Counted from the stretch's first letter, positions 21,340 to 33,438 are shown. The stretch: 35,074 bases of DNA from an uncultured Acetobacter sp. (GCA_937900755.1 CALCDN010000166.1:1-35074), one strand, 5' to 3'. Made by a program: numbers and translations. The notes: generated from the letters alone by a model not told the origin.

Positions 21340-22668
21340 TTACTCCACTGCTGCCGGAACACCACCGGCGGGAACCTGCACCAGCCCAGTGCTGCCATAT
21401 GCCGCTTTGTACTGGCGGATACGCTCTTCCATTTCCGGGCGAAAATGCCGTATCAGCCCCTGTATGGGCCAGGCCGCCGCATCGCCCAGCGCGCAGATCG
21501 TATGCCCCTCAACCTGGCGTGTGACCTGTTCGAGCAGATCAATTTCCTCAATATCCGCACGACCCTGAACCATGCGGTCCATCATGCGCATCATCCAGCC
21601 CGTACCTTCGCGGCATGGCGTGCATTGCCCACAGCTTTCATGCTTGAAAAACTTTGAGAACCTTGCAATCGCTTTTATAATATCGGTCGATTTGTCCATG
21701 ACAATCATGCACGCGGTGCCAAGGCCCGAGCGTTCAGCCCGCAGGCTGTCGTAGTCCATCAGAACGGTTTCACATACCGATTTGGGCAATAGCGGCACTG
21801 AACAGCCACCCGGAATAACCGCCAGCAGGTTGTCCCACCCACCGCGCACGCCACCACCGTGTTTTTCTATGATTTCCTTGAGCGGCACGCCCAGTTCTTC
21901 TTCAAACACACAGGGCGTGTTGACGTGGCCGGAAATGGCCATGAGCTTGGAGCCCGCATTGTTCGGCCGCCCCAGGCCTGCAAACCACGCGGCTCCACGC
22001 CGCATAATGGTGGACGTAACCGCAATGCTTTCCACATTATTCACGGTTGTCGGGCAGCCATAAAGCCCCACTCCGGCGGGGAATGGCGGCTTCATGCGGG
22101 GCTGGCCTTTTTTGCCCTCAAGGCTTTCCAGCAAGGCGGTTTCTTCACCACAAATATAGGCGCCAGCGCCACGGTGGATCCGAAAATCAAAGTCCCATCC
22201 GCTGCCAGCTGCATTTTTTCCAAGCAGCCCTGCGGCATATGCCTCGTCAATGGCGACCTGCATATGTTCGGCCTCGCGGAAGAACTCCCCGCGAATGTAG
22301 ATGTAAGACGTATGCGCACCCATCGCAAAAGATGCGATCATCGCACTTTCTATCAGCTTATGCGGTTCGTGGCGCATGACCTCCCGGTCCTTGCAGGTGC
22401 CGGGTTCGGATTCATCACCATTGATAACCAGATAATGCGGTCGCCCATCGGACTGTTTGGGCATGAATGACCATTTCAACCCGGTGGGAAAACCCGCACC
22501 ACCCCGCCCGCGCAGACCGGATGCCTTCATTTCGGCAATGACGGCATCGCGGCCCCTGGCAATAATGTCCGCCGTGTTGGCCCAGTCACCCCGCGTGCGG
22601 GCTGCCTCCAGACGCCAGTCATTCTGCCCGTAAAGATTGGTGAAGATCCGGTCCTTGTCAGCCAGCAT
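21340..22668 (-). CDS. nuoF: NADH-quinone oxidoreductase subunit F
   Basis: [33 protein letters not shown] and [12 protein letters not shown]. Confidence 0.98.
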   Translation of the reverse strand: MLADKDRIFTNLYGQNDWRLEAARTRGDWANTADIIARGRDAVIAEMKASGLRGRGGAGFPTGLKWSFMPKQSDGRPHYLVINGDESEPGTCKDREVMRHEPHKLIESAMIASFAMGAHTSYIYIRGEFFREAEHMQVAIDEAYAAGLLGKNAAGSGWDFDFRIHRGAGAYICGEETALLESLEGKKGQPRMKPPFPAGVGLYGCPTTVNNVESIAVTSTIMRRGAAWFAGLGRPNNAGSKLMAISGHVNTPCVFEEELGVPLKEIIEKHGGGVRGGWDNLLAVIPGGCSVPLLPKSVCETVLMDYDSLRAERSGLGTACMIVMDKSTDIIKAIARFSKFFKHESCGQCTPCREGTGWMMRMMDRMVQGRADIEEIDLLEQVTRQVEGHTICALGDAAAWPIQGLIRHFRPEMEERIRQYKAAYGSTGLVQVPAGGVPAAVE

Positions 22669-22679
22669 GGCCGTCTCTC

Positions 22680-23315
22680 CTATTTCTGATCCGCGGTGGA
22701 AGATGGCAGCAGCGTCTTGCGCCCGCCCACGGGGGCCGAAACACTGCGATTGATGGCAGGCCCCGGCTCGGGCCGACGCCCTGCCCGCAACTCGGCAATG
22801 ACTGCCGCTGTGCGTTCGGCATCCATATCTTCGTAAAAATCGTCATCAACTTGCAAAATTGGTGCGTTGGCACATGCGCCAAGGCACTCCACTTCCGTCA
22901 TGGTGAACAGGCCATCCGCGCTGGTTTCTCCAAAATGCTGGATACCTGTCGCTTTCTGGCAGGCCGCGACCACATCATCAGAGCCACGGAGCCAACAGGG
23001 CGTGGTGGTGCAAACCTGCAAATGGTAACGCCCGATGGGGCGCGTGTTGAACATGGTGTAAAAAGACGCCACCTCGTAGACGCGCATGGACGCCATGCCC
23101 AGGCGCTGGGCGACAACATCCATGGCAACCACGGGCACCCAGGCACTCCCTGTTACCCGCCCCATCTGCCGCTGTACAATGTACAGCAGGGGCATAACAG
23201 CGCTTGCCTTGCGTTCCTCTGGATATTTGCAGAGAACGCCTGCAATTTCCTCTTCCGATGCAGCATCGAATACAAAGCTGTCCGGCTGTGCAGCCGGGGT
23301 CCAGGCTGTGCTCAT
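22680..23315 (-). CDS. nuoE: NADH-quinone oxidoreductase subunit E
   Basis: [15 protein letters not shown] and ECLGAC. Confidence 0.97.
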   Translation of the reverse strand: MSTAWTPAAQPDSFVFDAASEEEIAGVLCKYPEERKASAVMPLLYIVQRQMGRVTGSAWVPVVAMDVVAQRLGMASMRVYEVASFYTMFNTRPIGRYHLQVCTTTPCWLRGSDDVVAACQKATGIQHFGETSADGLFTMTEVECLGACANAPILQVDDDFYEDMDAERTAAVIAELRAGRRPEPGPAINRSVSAPVGGRKTLLPSSTADQK

Positions 23316-24595
23316 CGATCAACTTCCCCAAACACAAGATCAAGCGACCCGATAATGGCCACCATGTCGGCCAGCATGCCGCGCCGCGAAAGCTCATCTA
23401 TGGCCTGCAGATGTGCAAAACCCGTCGGGCGGATTTTGCACCGGTACGGCCTGTTGCTGCCATCCGCCACCAGATAGACGCCAAACTCCCCTTTCGGGCT
23501 TTCCACTGCCGTGTAGGTCGAACCCGCGGGCACATGGTAGCCTTCGCTAAAGAGCTTGAAGTGATGAATAAGGGCCTCCATGGACCGCTTCATGTCCGCT
23601 CTGGGCGGCGGGCTGAACTTGGGGTCCTGTACCTTGATGTCCCCAGCCTGCATCTGGCTCAGGCATTGCTCAATAATCTTGACGCTTTCACGCATTTCCG
23701 CCACGCGCACCAGATAGCGATCATAGGAATCGCCCTGCCGTGTCACGGGTACGTTGAAGTCAACCTTATGGTAATTGTCATAGGGCTGGTTACGCCTGAG
23801 GTCCCATGGTACGCCGGACGCGCGCAGGCACGGGCCACTAAAGCCCCACGCAAGAGCCTGCTCGGTTGTAAAAACACCAATACCAACCGTGCGTTGTTTC
23901 CATATCCTGTTTTCTGTCAACAGTCCTTCCAGCGCATCAATCCACGCCGGGAATTCCCTGGTCCAAACCCCGATCCGGTCTTCCAGGCTGGCCGGGATGT
24001 CCCGCGCAACCCCACCGGGACGAAAATAATTGGCATGAAAGCGCGCGCCGGATGCCGCTTCGTAAAACTCCAGAAGCTTTTCGCGCTCTTCATATCCCCA
24101 CAAGGCGGGAGTAACCGCGCCGCAATCCAGACCCATGGCGGTCAGATTGAGAATATGGTTTAAAATACGCGTAATTTCCGCAAACATGACACGCAGCCAC
24201 TTGGCGCGTTCTGGAATGTCGATCCCCAGCAGTTTTTCCGTGGCCAGGGCAAAAGCCTGCTCCTCACACATGGGAGAGACATAATCCAGGCGGTCAAAAT
24301 ACGGCAGTGCTTTTTGATAGGTCTTGTATTCAATCAGCTTTTCCGTACCCCGGTGCAAAAGCCCGATATGCGGCACGGCGCGCGCAACAAGTTCCCCTTC
24401 CATTTCCAGCACCAGACGGAGCACACCATGAGCCGATGGATGCTGCGGGCCAAAATTGAGGGCGTGGGAGTCTATCTCGACAACTTTTTTTTCCACTTCC
24501 AAAGCCTGCTCTTCTGGCAAAAGGCTTTGGGGAATATCGTCTCGCAGGACAGTTTGAGCAAAAGCGAGAGATTCCGTGTTTTTCTGCTCTGTCAT
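23312..24595 (-). CDS. nuoD: NADH-quinone oxidoreductase subunit D
   Basis: [31 protein letters not shown] and C-terminal GEVDR. Confidence 0.98.
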   Translation of the reverse strand: MTEQKNTESLAFAQTVLRDDIPQSLLPEEQALEVEKKVVEIDSHALNFGPQHPSAHGVLRLVLEMEGELVARAVPHIGLLHRGTEKLIEYKTYQKALPYFDRLDYVSPMCEEQAFALATEKLLGIDIPERAKWLRVMFAEITRILNHILNLTAMGLDCGAVTPALWGYEEREKLLEFYEAASGARFHANYFRPGGVARDIPASLEDRIGVWTREFPAWIDALEGLLTENRIWKQRTVGIGVFTTEQALAWGFSGPCLRASGVPWDLRRNQPYDNYHKVDFNVPVTRQGDSYDRYLVRVAEMRESVKIIEQCLSQMQAGDIKVQDPKFSPPPRADMKRSMEALIHHFKLFSEGYHVPAGSTYTAVESPKGEFGVYLVADGSNRPYRCKIRPTGFAHLQAIDELSRRGMLADMVAIIGSLDLVFGEVDR

Positions 24596-25254
24596 CAGCC
24601 GGACCTCTTCATACCCTGCCGGACCTCGTGCGCTTTTTCATCCCCTGGCAGGGTCAACATCCCTTCCCACGGAGACACAAAATCAAAATCACGAAAATCC
24701 TGCGTTAATGTCACAGGTTCTTTAACAACCTGCCTGCGCTCCACATCATAGCGCACCTCTTCGTACCCGGTGAGCGGGAAGTCCTTGCGGAGCGGATGCC
24801 CTTCAAACCCGTTATCGGTCAGAATTCTGCGCAAATCCGGCTGACCGGAGAACAGCACGCCAAACAGGTCGTAACATTCCCGCTCCCACCATGTCGCACA
24901 GGGCCAGAGATGGTGCACCGAGGGCACGGCACTATACTCATCCGTGCTGACCACAACCCGGATACGCCGGTTATAGGTCACCGACAGCAGGTTATAGACC
25001 ACCTCGAACCGCTCCGCGCGGGCGGGGAAATCCACACCGCAAAGGTCCATCAACTGCTCAAACCGGTAACGCGGGTCATCACGCAAAAGGGCCAGAAACG
25101 GCAGAAGATGCGCGCGCGTTGTACGCACGACCAACTCACCCTTCTCCACCGCCGCATAGGAGACATGCGGTTCAGACGCGAGAAACGAAAAAGCCAGAGA
25201 GCACAACTGCCCTTCCAGCCGGGCCTGCCTTGGATTTACAGAAATATCAGCCAC
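24595..25254 (-). CDS. nuoC: NADH-quinone oxidoreductase subunit C
   Basis: [18 protein letters not shown] and [13 protein letters not shown] start. Confidence 0.96.
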   Translation of the reverse strand: MADISVNPRQARLEGQLCSLAFSFLASEPHVSYAAVEKGELVVRTTRAHLLPFLALLRDDPRYRFEQLMDLCGVDFPARAERFEVVYNLLSVTYNRRIRVVVSTDEYSAVPSVHHLWPCATWWERECYDLFGVLFSGQPDLRRILTDNGFEGHPLRKDFPLTGYEEVRYDVERRQVVKEPVTLTQDFRDFDFVSPWEGMLTLPGDEKAHEVRQGMKRSG

Positions 25255-25810
25255 GGAGAATGGTCCCTGTCCGACGAATTTTTTTCTGGAGCAACATAAT
25301 GCCGTAGATCAATGCCTCAGCCGTAGGGGGGCAACCGGGTACATACACATCCACGGGCACAATACGGTCGCAACCGCGCACAACGGAGTAGGAATAATGG
25401 TAATACCCCCCGCCATTGGCGCATGACCCCATGGAAATAACCCAGCGCGGCTCCGCCATCTGTTCATACAAACGGCGCAGAACCGGAGCCATTTTGTTGG
25501 TCAGCGTGCCCGCCACAATCATAACATCGGACTGCCGGGGCGACCCGCGGGGAATAATGCCCATACGGTCCAGGTCATAGCGGGGCATATATGCGTGGAT
25601 CATTTCCACAGCACAACATGCAAGCCCGAATGACATGGGCCACAGACTACCTGTGCGTCCCCAGTTGACCAACTTGTCCAAACTGGCGACCACAAACCCC
25701 TTTTCAGCCAGAACACCCGTAATGCCACGCACCACGGCGTCCTGCTCCGGTCCGGGTGGCAGGGCCTCCCTGTTCCACATAATGGCGTTTTCGTCGTGAT
25801 GTGTGGTCAT
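25247..25810 (-). CDS. nuoB: NADH-quinone oxidoreductase subunit B
   Basis: [22 protein letters not shown] and PGCPP. Confidence 0.98.
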   Translation of the reverse strand: MTTHHDENAIMWNREALPPGPEQDAVVRGITGVLAEKGFVVASLDKLVNWGRTGSLWPMSFGLACCAVEMIHAYMPRYDLDRMGIIPRGSPRQSDVMIVAGTLTNKMAPVLRRLYEQMAEPRWVISMGSCANGGGYYHYSYSVVRGCDRIVPVDVYVPGCPPTAEALIYGIMLLQKKIRRTGTILRG

Positions 25811-25822
25811 GCTGGCGTCCCC

Positions 25823-26188
25823 TCAATCCCAATCCAGCGCGCCTTTGCGCCATTCGTACAAAAAACCGATCCCCAGCACGGCTAAAAAGCCAAGCATGGA
25901 CAAAAAGCCAAACAGCCCGATCCGTCCAAGGCTGATCGCCCACGGAAACAGAAAAGCGACTTCAAGATCGAAGATAATGAAAAGAATGGCGACCAGATAA
26001 AAGCGCACGTCAAAGCGGCGCCTGGCATCATCAAAAGGGCCAAACCCGCACTCATACGCCGTGAGTTTTTCAGGGTACGGTTTTTGGTGTCCGCTCAGCA
26101 AAGCCATACCTAGCATGGCGGCCGCAATGACAACCGAAACACAACCAAAAATCAGAACCGGGGCATAATCGCCGAGAACAGACTGCAT
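25823..26188 (-). CDS. nuoA: NADH-quinone oxidoreductase subunit A
   Basis: YECGF, FIIFDLE and YEWRKGALDW. ATG at 26188 has AGGA upstream. Confidence 0.96.
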   Translation of the reverse strand: MQSVLGDYAPVLIFGCVSVVIAAAMLGMALLSGHQKPYPEKLTAYECGFGPFDDARRRFDVRFYLVAILFIIFDLEVAFLFPWAISLGRIGLFGFLSMLGFLAVLGIGFLYEWRKGALDWD

Positions 26189-26324
26189 GGAAAATTCCTG
26201 CACGCATGAAAAGCTTGTAATAAGCTGTTTGATGCAGTCACCCTAGACCCGCAACATGCAGACGACCATGCACGAACGCGTATAGTTGCAGCCACTTTGT
26301 TGTGAGGGAGATTTTTCTGGCAGC

Positions 26325-26358
26325 AAAAAAAATGGCCTCCCCTTTTCTGGAGAAGCCA
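26325..26358 (-). terminator. Intrinsic terminator after tRNA-Val
   Basis: On the minus strand GGCTTCTCC-AGAAAA-GGGGAGGCC followed by A and T8. Confidence 0.75.
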
Positions 26359-26405
26359 AAAACAGGGGCCACAAACCCTGCGCCACAACATAAAATGCTG
26401 GGATA

Positions 26406-26480
26406 TGGTGGGCGATGACGGGATCGAACCGCCGACCCTCTCGGTGTAAACGAGATGCTCTACCGCTAAGCTAATCGCCC
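26406..26480 (-). tRNA. tRNA-Val(TAC)
   Basis: GGGCGAT...ATCGCCC acceptor stem, anticodon arm CTCG-TT-TAC-AC-CGAG, GGTTCGATCC T-arm and encoded CCA. Confidence 0.97.
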
Positions 26481-26496
26481 GCGCCCTATGTGTCAT

Positions 26497-26542
26497 AAAA
26501 CAAAACGGCCGACAACCTCTTTTTGAAAGAAATTGCCGGCCG
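26497..26542 (-). terminator. Intrinsic terminator after the HU gene
   Basis: 17-bp stem with G-U pairs (CGGCCGGCAATTTCTTT / AAAGAGGTTGTCGGCCG) followed by TTTTGTTTT. Confidence 0.75.
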
Positions 26543-26567
26543 CTCTGAAATAAAGTCTGAAGGCGAA

Positions 26568-26855
26568 TTAGCTGCTGACAGCGTCCTTCAGTGCCTTGCC
26601 CGGCTTGAAGCGGACAGAGGTAGAAGCCGGAATATCAATTTCCTCGCCGGTACGGGGGTTACGGCCTTTGGCGGCCTTGCGGGTTGCGGTCACAAATGTG
26701 CCAAAGCCCACCAGACGCACTTCCTGCTTTTTGGACAGAGCTTTTTCAATCGCACCGAATACGGCGTCGACCACTTCTCCGGCCTTAGCCTTCGGCAGGT
26801 CAACGGCCTCTGCTACTGCTGAGACGAGCTCCTGCTTGTTAAGCGGCTTCTCCAT
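26568..26855 (-). CDS. hupB: DNA-binding protein HU
   Basis: NKQELV, LVGFGTF, GRNPRTGE and FKPGKALKDAV. Follows lon as in the canonical cluster. Confidence 0.95.
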   Translation of the reverse strand: MEKPLNKQELVSAVAEAVDLPKAKAGEVVDAVFGAIEKALSKKQEVRLVGFGTFVTATRKAAKGRNPRTGEEIDIPASTSVRFKPGKALKDAVSS

Positions 26856-26929
26856 CTTACGCCTTTCACTTTCTTTCAATTCATAGGAGCGACGGGCGGG
26901 TTTCGTCCGCCTCTCCGCTGCCTGAACGC

Positions 26930-26957
26930 ACTATGAAGCCGTTTTTTCTTACGTCAA
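26930..26957 (-). promoter_or_regulatory. Sigma70-type promoter for the HU gene
   Basis: TTGACG, 16-nt spacer, CATAGT on the minus strand. Confidence 0.55.
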
Positions 26958-26996
26958 CCAAGCAAACGCAAACTTCGGTCTTCTCATGCATTTTGG

Positions 26997-29498
26997 TTAA
27001 TGCGGCAGCACGGGAACAACTGTCTGTGCGCCATTGCCGGGCACTGTTTCGGGCACATCTTCCCAATGAATCGGCGTGGGCTGGCTCACCAGGGCGCGGG
27101 CCAGAACTTCGTCCACATGCGAAACGGGCACAATTTCCAGATTCTTCTTCACGCTGTCAGGAATTTCCGCCAGGTCTTTCTCGTTTTCCTGCGGAATAAA
27201 CACCGTGCGAATACCAGAACGAACAGCCGCCAGAAGCTTTTCCTTGAGCCCGCCAATGGCCAGCACCCGCCCCCTGAGCGTGATTTCACCCGTCATGGCG
27301 ACATCCCGCCGGATGGGAATCCCGGTTAAAACACTTACCAGAGATGTCACCATGGCCACACCGGCCGAAGGACCATCTTTAGGAGTCGCGCCTTCAGGGA
27401 CATGCACATGAAAACTGCGTTTGTCGAAGATGGTTGGCACGATTCCAAAGCTGGCCGCCCGACTCCGCACAAAGGAGAACGCAGCCGAAATGCTCTCCTT
27501 CATCACATCACCCAGCTTGCCGGTTTCCAAAATACCGCCCTTGCCAGGCACCATAACGCTCTCGATGGTCAGGATTTCGCCGCCCACCTCGGTCCAGGCC
27601 AGACCGGTGACAACGCCCACCATGTCCTCTGCCTCGGTCTCACCGTAGCGGAAGCGCTGCACACCTGCGTATTTTTCCAGGTTGCGCGCCGTTACGGAAA
27701 CCTTCTTGGCCTTGCCGGTCACGATCTCCTTGACCGCCTTGCGGGCAAGCTTGGCCAGTTCGCGCTCAAGGTTACGCACCCCTGCCTCACGCGTGTAATA
27801 CCGGATGACGTCGCGCAGGGCTTCCTCGTTGATCGACCACTCGCCCGGCTTGAGGTTATGCGCCTCCACCTGTTTGCCAATGAGGTGCCGCTTGGCGATC
27901 TCGACCTTCTCATCTTCCGTGTAACCGGAGAGACGGATGACCTCCATACGGTCCAGCAACGGCTGGGGCATGTCCAGGCTGTTGGCTGTTGTCACGAACA
28001 TCACATCGGACAGGTCGTAATCAACCTCCAGGTAATGGTCGGCAAATGTGCCGTTCTGCTCAGGGTCCAGCACCTCCAGCAGGGCGGATGACGGGTCTCC
28101 CCGCCAGTCAGAACCCAGCTTGTCGATTTCATCGAGCAGGAAAAGCGGGTTGGACACCTTCGCCTTCTTCATGCCCTGGATGATCTTGCCCGGCATGGAG
28201 CCGATATAGGTGCGGCGATGGCGTCGGGTTTCGGCTTCATCCCGGACACCACCGCGCGACATGCGCACGTACTGCCGTCCCGTTGCCTTGGCGATGGAGC
28301 GTGCAAGGGACGTCTTGCCCACGCCCGGAGGCCCGACAAGGCACAGAATCGGCCCCTTGAGCTTTTGCGAACGGCTCTGGACCGCCAGATATTCCAGAAT
28401 ACGTTCCTTGACCTTTTCCAGCCCGTAGTGGTCGGCGTCCAGAACCTCTTCCGCCTCACCCAGGTCATGGCGCACCTTGGTCCGCTTTTTCCACGGGATG
28501 CTCAAAATCCAGTCGAGGTAGTTCCGCACAACGCCGGACTCGGCGGACATCATGCTCATGCCACGCAGTTTTTTCAGCTCGCTCAGAGCCTTTTCCCGCG
28601 CTTCCTTGGAGAGCTTGGTCTTGGCGATCCGCTCTTCAATTTCGGCCGTTTCGTCCTTGCCGTCCTCACCTTCGCCCAGTTCTTTCTGAATGGCCTTGAG
28701 CTGCTCGTTCAGATAGTACTCGCGCTGTGTCTTTTCCATCTGGCGTTTGACACGGTTGCGGATCTTCTTTTCCACCTGAAGCACATCAATTTCGGCTTCA
28801 ATATGGCCAAAGACTTTTTCCAGCTGGCCCTGCACCGTTGGCGCTTCCAGAATTTCCTGCTTTTCGGAAATCTTGAGCGACAGGTGGCTGGTCACGGTAT
28901 CGGCCAGCTTGGACAGATCATTGATCTGGTTCAGGGACACCAGAACTTCGGACGCAATTTTCTTGTTGAGCTTCATATACTGCTCAAACTGCGACACAAT
29001 GGAACGGCCCAGAGCCTCGGCTTCCGGGCCTATGGCTGCCTCGGCTGGCATTTCCTCAATATCGGCCTCAAAGTGGCCATTCACCTCATGCAGCGCCTTG
29101 ACCCGCACACGGCGAACACCCTCGACCAGCACCTTGACCGTGCCATCAGGCAGCTTGAGCAGTTGCAAAATGGTGGAGAGCGTACCAACCCGATAAATGT
29201 CATCTGGCGTTGGGTCGTCCTGTGCCGCGTCCTTCTGGGCTACCAGCAGAATATGCCGGTCGTCCTTTGTGACCGAGTCCAGTGCCCGCACGGATTTTTC
29301 CCGCCCGACAAACAGCGGCACAATCATGTGGGGGAACACCACAATATCGCGTAGCGGCAGAACTGCCACATGCGCGCTTTTGGGTTCGGCTGTTACCGCC
29401 GTTGCTTCAACTGCGGTAACAGGCTGTTCGGACGCGACCGGAGCCGCCTGATCGCTTTTGCGCCTGCGCCGTGGTGCCGGTTTTTCGTTATCAGCCAT
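26997..29498 (-). CDS. lon: ATP-dependent protease La (Lon)
   Basis: [10 protein letters not shown], Walker [10 protein letters not shown], Walker B LLDEIDK, catalytic PKDGPSAG and GGLKEK. GGAGG lies 8 nt before ATG 29498. Confidence 0.97.
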   Translation of the reverse strand: MADNEKPAPRRRRKSDQAAPVASEQPVTAVEATAVTAEPKSAHVAVLPLRDIVVFPHMIVPLFVGREKSVRALDSVTKDDRHILLVAQKDAAQDDPTPDDIYRVGTLSTILQLLKLPDGTVKVLVEGVRRVRVKALHEVNGHFEADIEEMPAEAAIGPEAEALGRSIVSQFEQYMKLNKKIASEVLVSLNQINDLSKLADTVTSHLSLKISEKQEILEAPTVQGQLEKVFGHIEAEIDVLQVEKKIRNRVKRQMEKTQREYYLNEQLKAIQKELGEGEDGKDETAEIEERIAKTKLSKEAREKALSELKKLRGMSMMSAESGVVRNYLDWILSIPWKKRTKVRHDLGEAEEVLDADHYGLEKVKERILEYLAVQSRSQKLKGPILCLVGPPGVGKTSLARSIAKATGRQYVRMSRGGVRDEAETRRHRRTYIGSMPGKIIQGMKKAKVSNPLFLLDEIDKLGSDWRGDPSSALLEVLDPEQNGTFADHYLEVDYDLSDVMFVTTANSLDMPQPLLDRMEVIRLSGYTEDEKVEIAKRHLIGKQVEAHNLKPGEWSINEEALRDVIRYYTREAGVRNLERELAKLARKAVKEIVTGKAKKVSVTARNLEKYAGVQRFRYGETEAEDMVGVVTGLAWTEVGGEILTIESVMVPGKGGILETGKLGDVMKESISAAFSFVRSRAASFGIVPTIFDKRSFHVHVPEGATPKDGPSAGVAMVTSLVSVLTGIPIRRDVAMTGEITLRGRVLAIGGLKEKLLAAVRSGIRTVFIPQENEKDLAEIPDSVKKNLEIVPVSHVDEVLARALVSQPTPIHWEDVPETVPGNGAQTVVPVLPH

Positions 29499-29650
29499 CG
29501 TCATGACCTCCCGATAAGGACGATCGGTGCCGGGCACCCGTCTGGCGGCATACCCCTGCACTGAAGAAGGCACTCCCATAAAGGAGATACCCTTGTGTTG
29601 CTCTTATGTTGTTATGCCCACAACCCGGAACAATAGGGCAGAGGCAAGAA

Positions 29651-29679
29651 CAGCACGAACAGGTGACCCGCTCGTGCTG
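29651..29679 (-). terminator. Hairpin or terminator after clpX
   Basis: CAGCACGAGCGGG-TCA-CCTGTTCGTGCTG followed by TTCTT. Confidence 0.65.
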
Positions 29680-29703
29680 CTTACGCCAAAATTCCGACCC
29701 GCC

Positions 29704-30969
29704 TTAGGCAGACTGCTCTGCCGGCACGTCCTTTTTCTTGCCATAGACATAAACCGGACTGGTTTTGCCATCGGCCACATCGCGGTTGACCACAACCTCC
29801 TCGACCGTATCGAGGCCGGGCAGGTCAAACATGGTGGACATGAGAATACTCTCCAGAATGGAGCGCAACCCACGAGCCCCCGTCTTGCGCACGATCGCCC
29901 TGTCCGCAATGGCCTTGAGCGCGTCTTCCGTAAAGGACAGTTCAACGTCCTCCATCTGGAACAGGCGCTGGTACTGCTTGACCAGAGCGTTCTTGGGTTC
30001 GGTCAGGATCTTGATCAGGGCCGCCTCGTCCAGGTCACCCAGCGTTGCCAGTACCGGCAACCGCCCGATGAATTCGGGAATAAGGCCGAACTTCATCAGG
30101 TCCTCGGGTTCGACATCATGCAGGATTTCGCCCATCCGGCGGTCATCAAGCGAGCGCACATCAGCCCCAAAGCCAATGCCCGTTCCCTTGCCACGGGCCG
30201 AGATGATCTTGTCCAGACCCGCAAAAGCCCCACCACAGATAAAGAGCATGTTGGTCGTATCCACCTGCAGGAATTCCTGCTGCGGGTGCTTGCGACCACC
30301 CTGGGGGGGTACGGAGGCAACAGTGCCTTCCATGAGCTTGAGCAGTGCCTGCTGCACGCCTTCGCCGCTGACATCGCGCGTTATGGAAGGGTTGTCCGAT
30401 TTTTTGGAAATCTTGTCGATTTCGTCAATATAGACAATCCCGCGCTGGGCGCGTTCCACGTTGTAGTCAGACGCCTGAAGCAGCTTGAGGATGATGTTTT
30501 CAACATCTTCCCCCACATACCCCGCTTCTGTCAGGGTTGTGGCATCGGCCATGGTGAAGGGCACATCGAGAATACGCGCCAGCGTCTGGGCCAGCAGCGT
30601 CTTGCCCGAACCCGTAGGCCCGATGAGCAGGATGTTGGACTTGGCGATTTCAACCTCACCAGCCTTGGTCACCTGCGACAGACGCTTGTAGTGGTTATGC
30701 ACCGCTACGGAGAGCACCTTCTTGGCCTGCATCTGACCGATGACGTAGTCATCCAGAACCTTGCAGATTTCCTTGGGAGTAGGAACACCCTCGCGCGACT
30801 TGACCTGCATGGTCTTGTTCTCTTCACGGATGATATCCATGCAGAGTTCAACACATTCATCGCAGATAAACACGGTGGGGCCAGCAATAAGCTTGCGCAC
30901 TTCATGCTGTGACTTGCCGCAGAACGAGCAATACAGCGTGTTCTTGGAATCCCCGGACTTTGCACTCAT
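29704..30969 (-). CDS. clpX: ATP-dependent Clp protease ATP-binding subunit
   Basis: Zinc finger CSFC...[23 protein letters not shown] loop and IGF loop. Confidence 0.98.
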   Translation of the reverse strand: MSAKSGDSKNTLYCSFCGKSQHEVRKLIAGPTVFICDECVELCMDIIREENKTMQVKSREGVPTPKEICKVLDDYVIGQMQAKKVLSVAVHNHYKRLSQVTKAGEVEIAKSNILLIGPTGSGKTLLAQTLARILDVPFTMADATTLTEAGYVGEDVENIILKLLQASDYNVERAQRGIVYIDEIDKISKKSDNPSITRDVSGEGVQQALLKLMEGTVASVPPQGGRKHPQQEFLQVDTTNMLFICGGAFAGLDKIISARGKGTGIGFGADVRSLDDRRMGEILHDVEPEDLMKFGLIPEFIGRLPVLATLGDLDEAALIKILTEPKNALVKQYQRLFQMEDVELSFTEDALKAIADRAIVRKTGARGLRSILESILMSTMFDLPGLDTVEEVVVNRDVADGKTSPVYVYGKKKDVPAEQSA

Positions 30970-31089
30970 CAGCCCACTCCCCCGATCACCCCAGGCTCCA
31001 CAGAACCGGGAACCAAGCCCCGGACCTTTCCTGCATGCCCGGGGACAGACAGCCCCCTTATTGTAACAGGAAGCTTAAAGTATGCCAGA

Positions 31090-31752
31090 TTAAGGATGAC
31101 TTTTATCCTTTTTACCCGCTTCCGCCGCCTTGTGATGACTGATGACTTCATCCACAATACCAAAGGACTGGGCTTCGCCTGCGGACATGTAGCTGTCACG
31201 CTCCAGCTTCTGCTCAATTTCCTCAAGTGTGCGGCCGGTATGTTCACGGTAGATTTCGTTCAGGCGCTGACGGATAATCAGTATTTCCTTGGCCTGAATT
31301 TCTATATCGCTCGCCTGCCCCTGCGCACCGCCAGAAGGCTGGTGCACCATGACCCGTGCGTTGGGCAGCGCAAACCTGCGCCCCTTTTCGCCACCGGCCA
31401 GTAGCAGGGACCCCATGGAAGCCGCCTGACCGATGCACACCGTGCTGACCGGGCTGCGGATGTATTGCATGGTGTCATAAATAGCCAGACCAGCCGACAC
31501 AACGCCACCGGGGCTGTTGATGTAGAAGGAAATTTCCTTGGTCGGGTTCACACTTTCCAGATACAGAAGCTGCGCGGAGATAAGCGAAGCAACCTGATCA
31601 TAGACAGGCCCGGTCAGGAAGATGATCCGTTCCTGCAAAAGGCGGGAATAGATATCAAAAGCCCGCTCGCCGCGAGAGGTCTGCTCGACCACCATCGGCA
31701 CCAGTGCGTTGCTGAAAATCTCAACGGGATCACGATCCCTCATACCACTCAT
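31090..31752 (-). CDS. clpP: ATP-dependent Clp protease proteolytic subunit
   Basis: DIYSRLL, YINSPGG, GQAASMG and HQP. Alternative start at 31743. Confidence 0.97.
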   Translation of the reverse strand: MSGMRDRDPVEIFSNALVPMVVEQTSRGERAFDIYSRLLQERIIFLTGPVYDQVASLISAQLLYLESVNPTKEISFYINSPGGVVSAGLAIYDTMQYIRSPVSTVCIGQAASMGSLLLAGGEKGRRFALPNARVMVHQPSGGAQGQASDIEIQAKEILIIRQRLNEIYREHTGRTLEEIEQKLERDSYMSAGEAQSFGIVDEVISHHKAAEAGKKDKSHP

Positions 31753-31800
31753 TCCCGTACAAAAAACTTAATCACCCCTCCCTGCCTCTGCCGTGGACAG

Positions 31801-31828
31801 AACCAGGGTCAGGCGTTCTGAATTCAAG
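31801..31828 (-). promoter_or_regulatory. Possible RpoH (sigma32)-type promoter for clpP
   Basis: CTTGAA then CCTGGTT, with 17 nt between CTTG and CCTGG. The -10 match is weak. Confidence 0.35.
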
Positions 31829-31884
31829 ATAGAGATAAAGTGGCAATATGCCACCCCAGAAACGAAAAACAGCCCCAAAAAGAA

Positions 31885-31912
31885 TGTCCCGCCAGTTCAC
31901 ACTGGCGGGACA
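31885..31912 (-). terminator. Intrinsic terminator after tig
   Basis: Perfect 12-bp stem TGTCCCGCCAGT-GTGA-ACTGGCGGGACA followed by TTCTTTTT. Confidence 0.85.
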
Positions 31913-31923
31913 GAGCCGTTTTA

Positions 31924-33258
31924 TCAGATATTGGCTGGGGGAATATCTGATAGCTCCTCCAGGCTCACGTCCTTGTCCGTGACCTTGGCGAGTTCAATCA
32001 GGTAATCAACAACCTTGTTTTCAAAAATCGGCCCGCGCAGGGACTCAGCGGCCTGCGGATTCTTCTGGAAGAATTCGAAGACCTCTTTTTCCTGACCGGA
32101 ATAGCGCATGGCTTCGGCCCGCACCGCACGCCCCAATTCTTCGGGGCTGACGGAAATGCCGTTTTTGCGACCGATTTCAGCAAGCAGCAGACCAAGCCTT
32201 ACGCGACGTTCCGCAATCTTGCGGTAGTCGGCACGCAGGGTGTCTTCGTCCTTGTCCTTGTCTTCATCGTCAAGCTGACCGGCCTTGCGGTCGGCTTCCA
32301 CCCGATTCCAGATCTGCTGGAACTCGGCTTCCACCATGCCTTCGGGAGCGGGGAAATCCGCCTTGCCCGAAAGAATGTCCAGCAGGTCGCGCTTGATGCG
32401 CAGGCGGGACATCTGGTCGTATTCGCCTTCGATCTGCTTGCGCACCAGATCCTTGAGCTGCTCAAGGCTTTCAAAGCCCATGTTCTTGGCCAGATCTTCA
32501 TCCACCGGGGCGTCCACAGCCTTTTTGAGCTGCTTTACCTTGATGTCAAAGGTTGCTTCCTTGCCAGCCAGTTCTTCCGCGCCGTAATCTTCGGGGAAGG
32601 TCACGGTGATGACCTTTTCCTCGCCCGACTGCATGCCTTCGATCTGTTCGGCAAAGCCTGGAATAAAGCCTTCGCCACCGATCTCGACATTCACGTCTTC
32701 AGCCGTGCCGCCATCAAAGGCAACGCCGTCCTGCTTGCCCACAAAGTCAATGGCGACAACATCGCCCTTGCCCGCGGGACGCACTTCCTCGATCACCTCG
32801 AACGTGCGACCGCGCTTGGCAATGTCTTCCAGAACCTTGTTGATGGCTTCATCAGCAACAGGGGTCTTCAGGCGGGTCAGGGCAAGGTCGGAAAGGTCCG
32901 GCACGGCAATTTCGGGCAGGATTTCGCTTTCCACCTTGAATTCCAGGTCCGTGCCGTTGTCTTCCTGGCCCGAAAGCAGATCAACCTTGGGCTGACCGGC
33001 AGGGCGCAGGCCGCGCTCTTCGAACACGGCGCGGATGGCATCGGAAATGGCCTGTTCGAGCACTTCGCCCCAGACGGCTTCACCATGGCGCTGGCGCGCC
33101 AGAGAGACAGGCACCTTGCCCGGACGGAAGCCCGGCAGGTTCAGATTGCCAGCAACTTCCTTAAGGCGCGCATCACGCTTAGCCTCAAGTTCCGCGGCCG
33201 GAACTGTAACTGTGAAACCACGCTTCAGCCCTTCAGAAAGGGTCTCGGTAACCTGCAT
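31924..33258 (-). CDS. tig: Trigger factor
   Basis: PGFRPGKVP ribosome-binding motif and FKBP domain (FDGG, FIPGF, TFPEDY, LAGK). Confidence 0.97.
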   Translation of the reverse strand: MQVTETLSEGLKRGFTVTVPAAELEAKRDARLKEVAGNLNLPGFRPGKVPVSLARQRHGEAVWGEVLEQAISDAIRAVFEERGLRPAGQPKVDLLSGQEDNGTDLEFKVESEILPEIAVPDLSDLALTRLKTPVADEAINKVLEDIAKRGRTFEVIEEVRPAGKGDVVAIDFVGKQDGVAFDGGTAEDVNVEIGGEGFIPGFAEQIEGMQSGEEKVITVTFPEDYGAEELAGKEATFDIKVKQLKKAVDAPVDEDLAKNMGFESLEQLKDLVRKQIEGEYDQMSRLRIKRDLLDILSGKADFPAPEGMVEAEFQQIWNRVEADRKAGQLDDEDKDKDEDTLRADYRKIAERRVRLGLLLAEIGRKNGISVSPEELGRAVRAEAMRYSGQEKEVFEFFQKNPQAAESLRGPIFENKVVDYLIELAKVTDKDVSLEELSDIPPANI

Positions 33259-33353
33259 CGGCCAGGCCTTCCTCTCGGTACAAAAAATCAGTCACCCGCA
33301 GCAATAACGCCCAAAGGCGGCGGCGGACTGCGGACGGGAGCACGAAAATTCAT

Positions 33354-33438
<85 letters not shown>

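Noticed and set aside
26225-26245. FNR-like box upstream of nuoA (TTGATGCAGTCAC)
   Set aside because: Only one good half-site, and the spacing does not fit TTGAT-N4-ATCAA.
26300-26480. Integrated element at tRNA-Val or tRNA-Leu
   Set aside because: No integrase, no duplicated tRNA 3' end, and the flanks are core genes.
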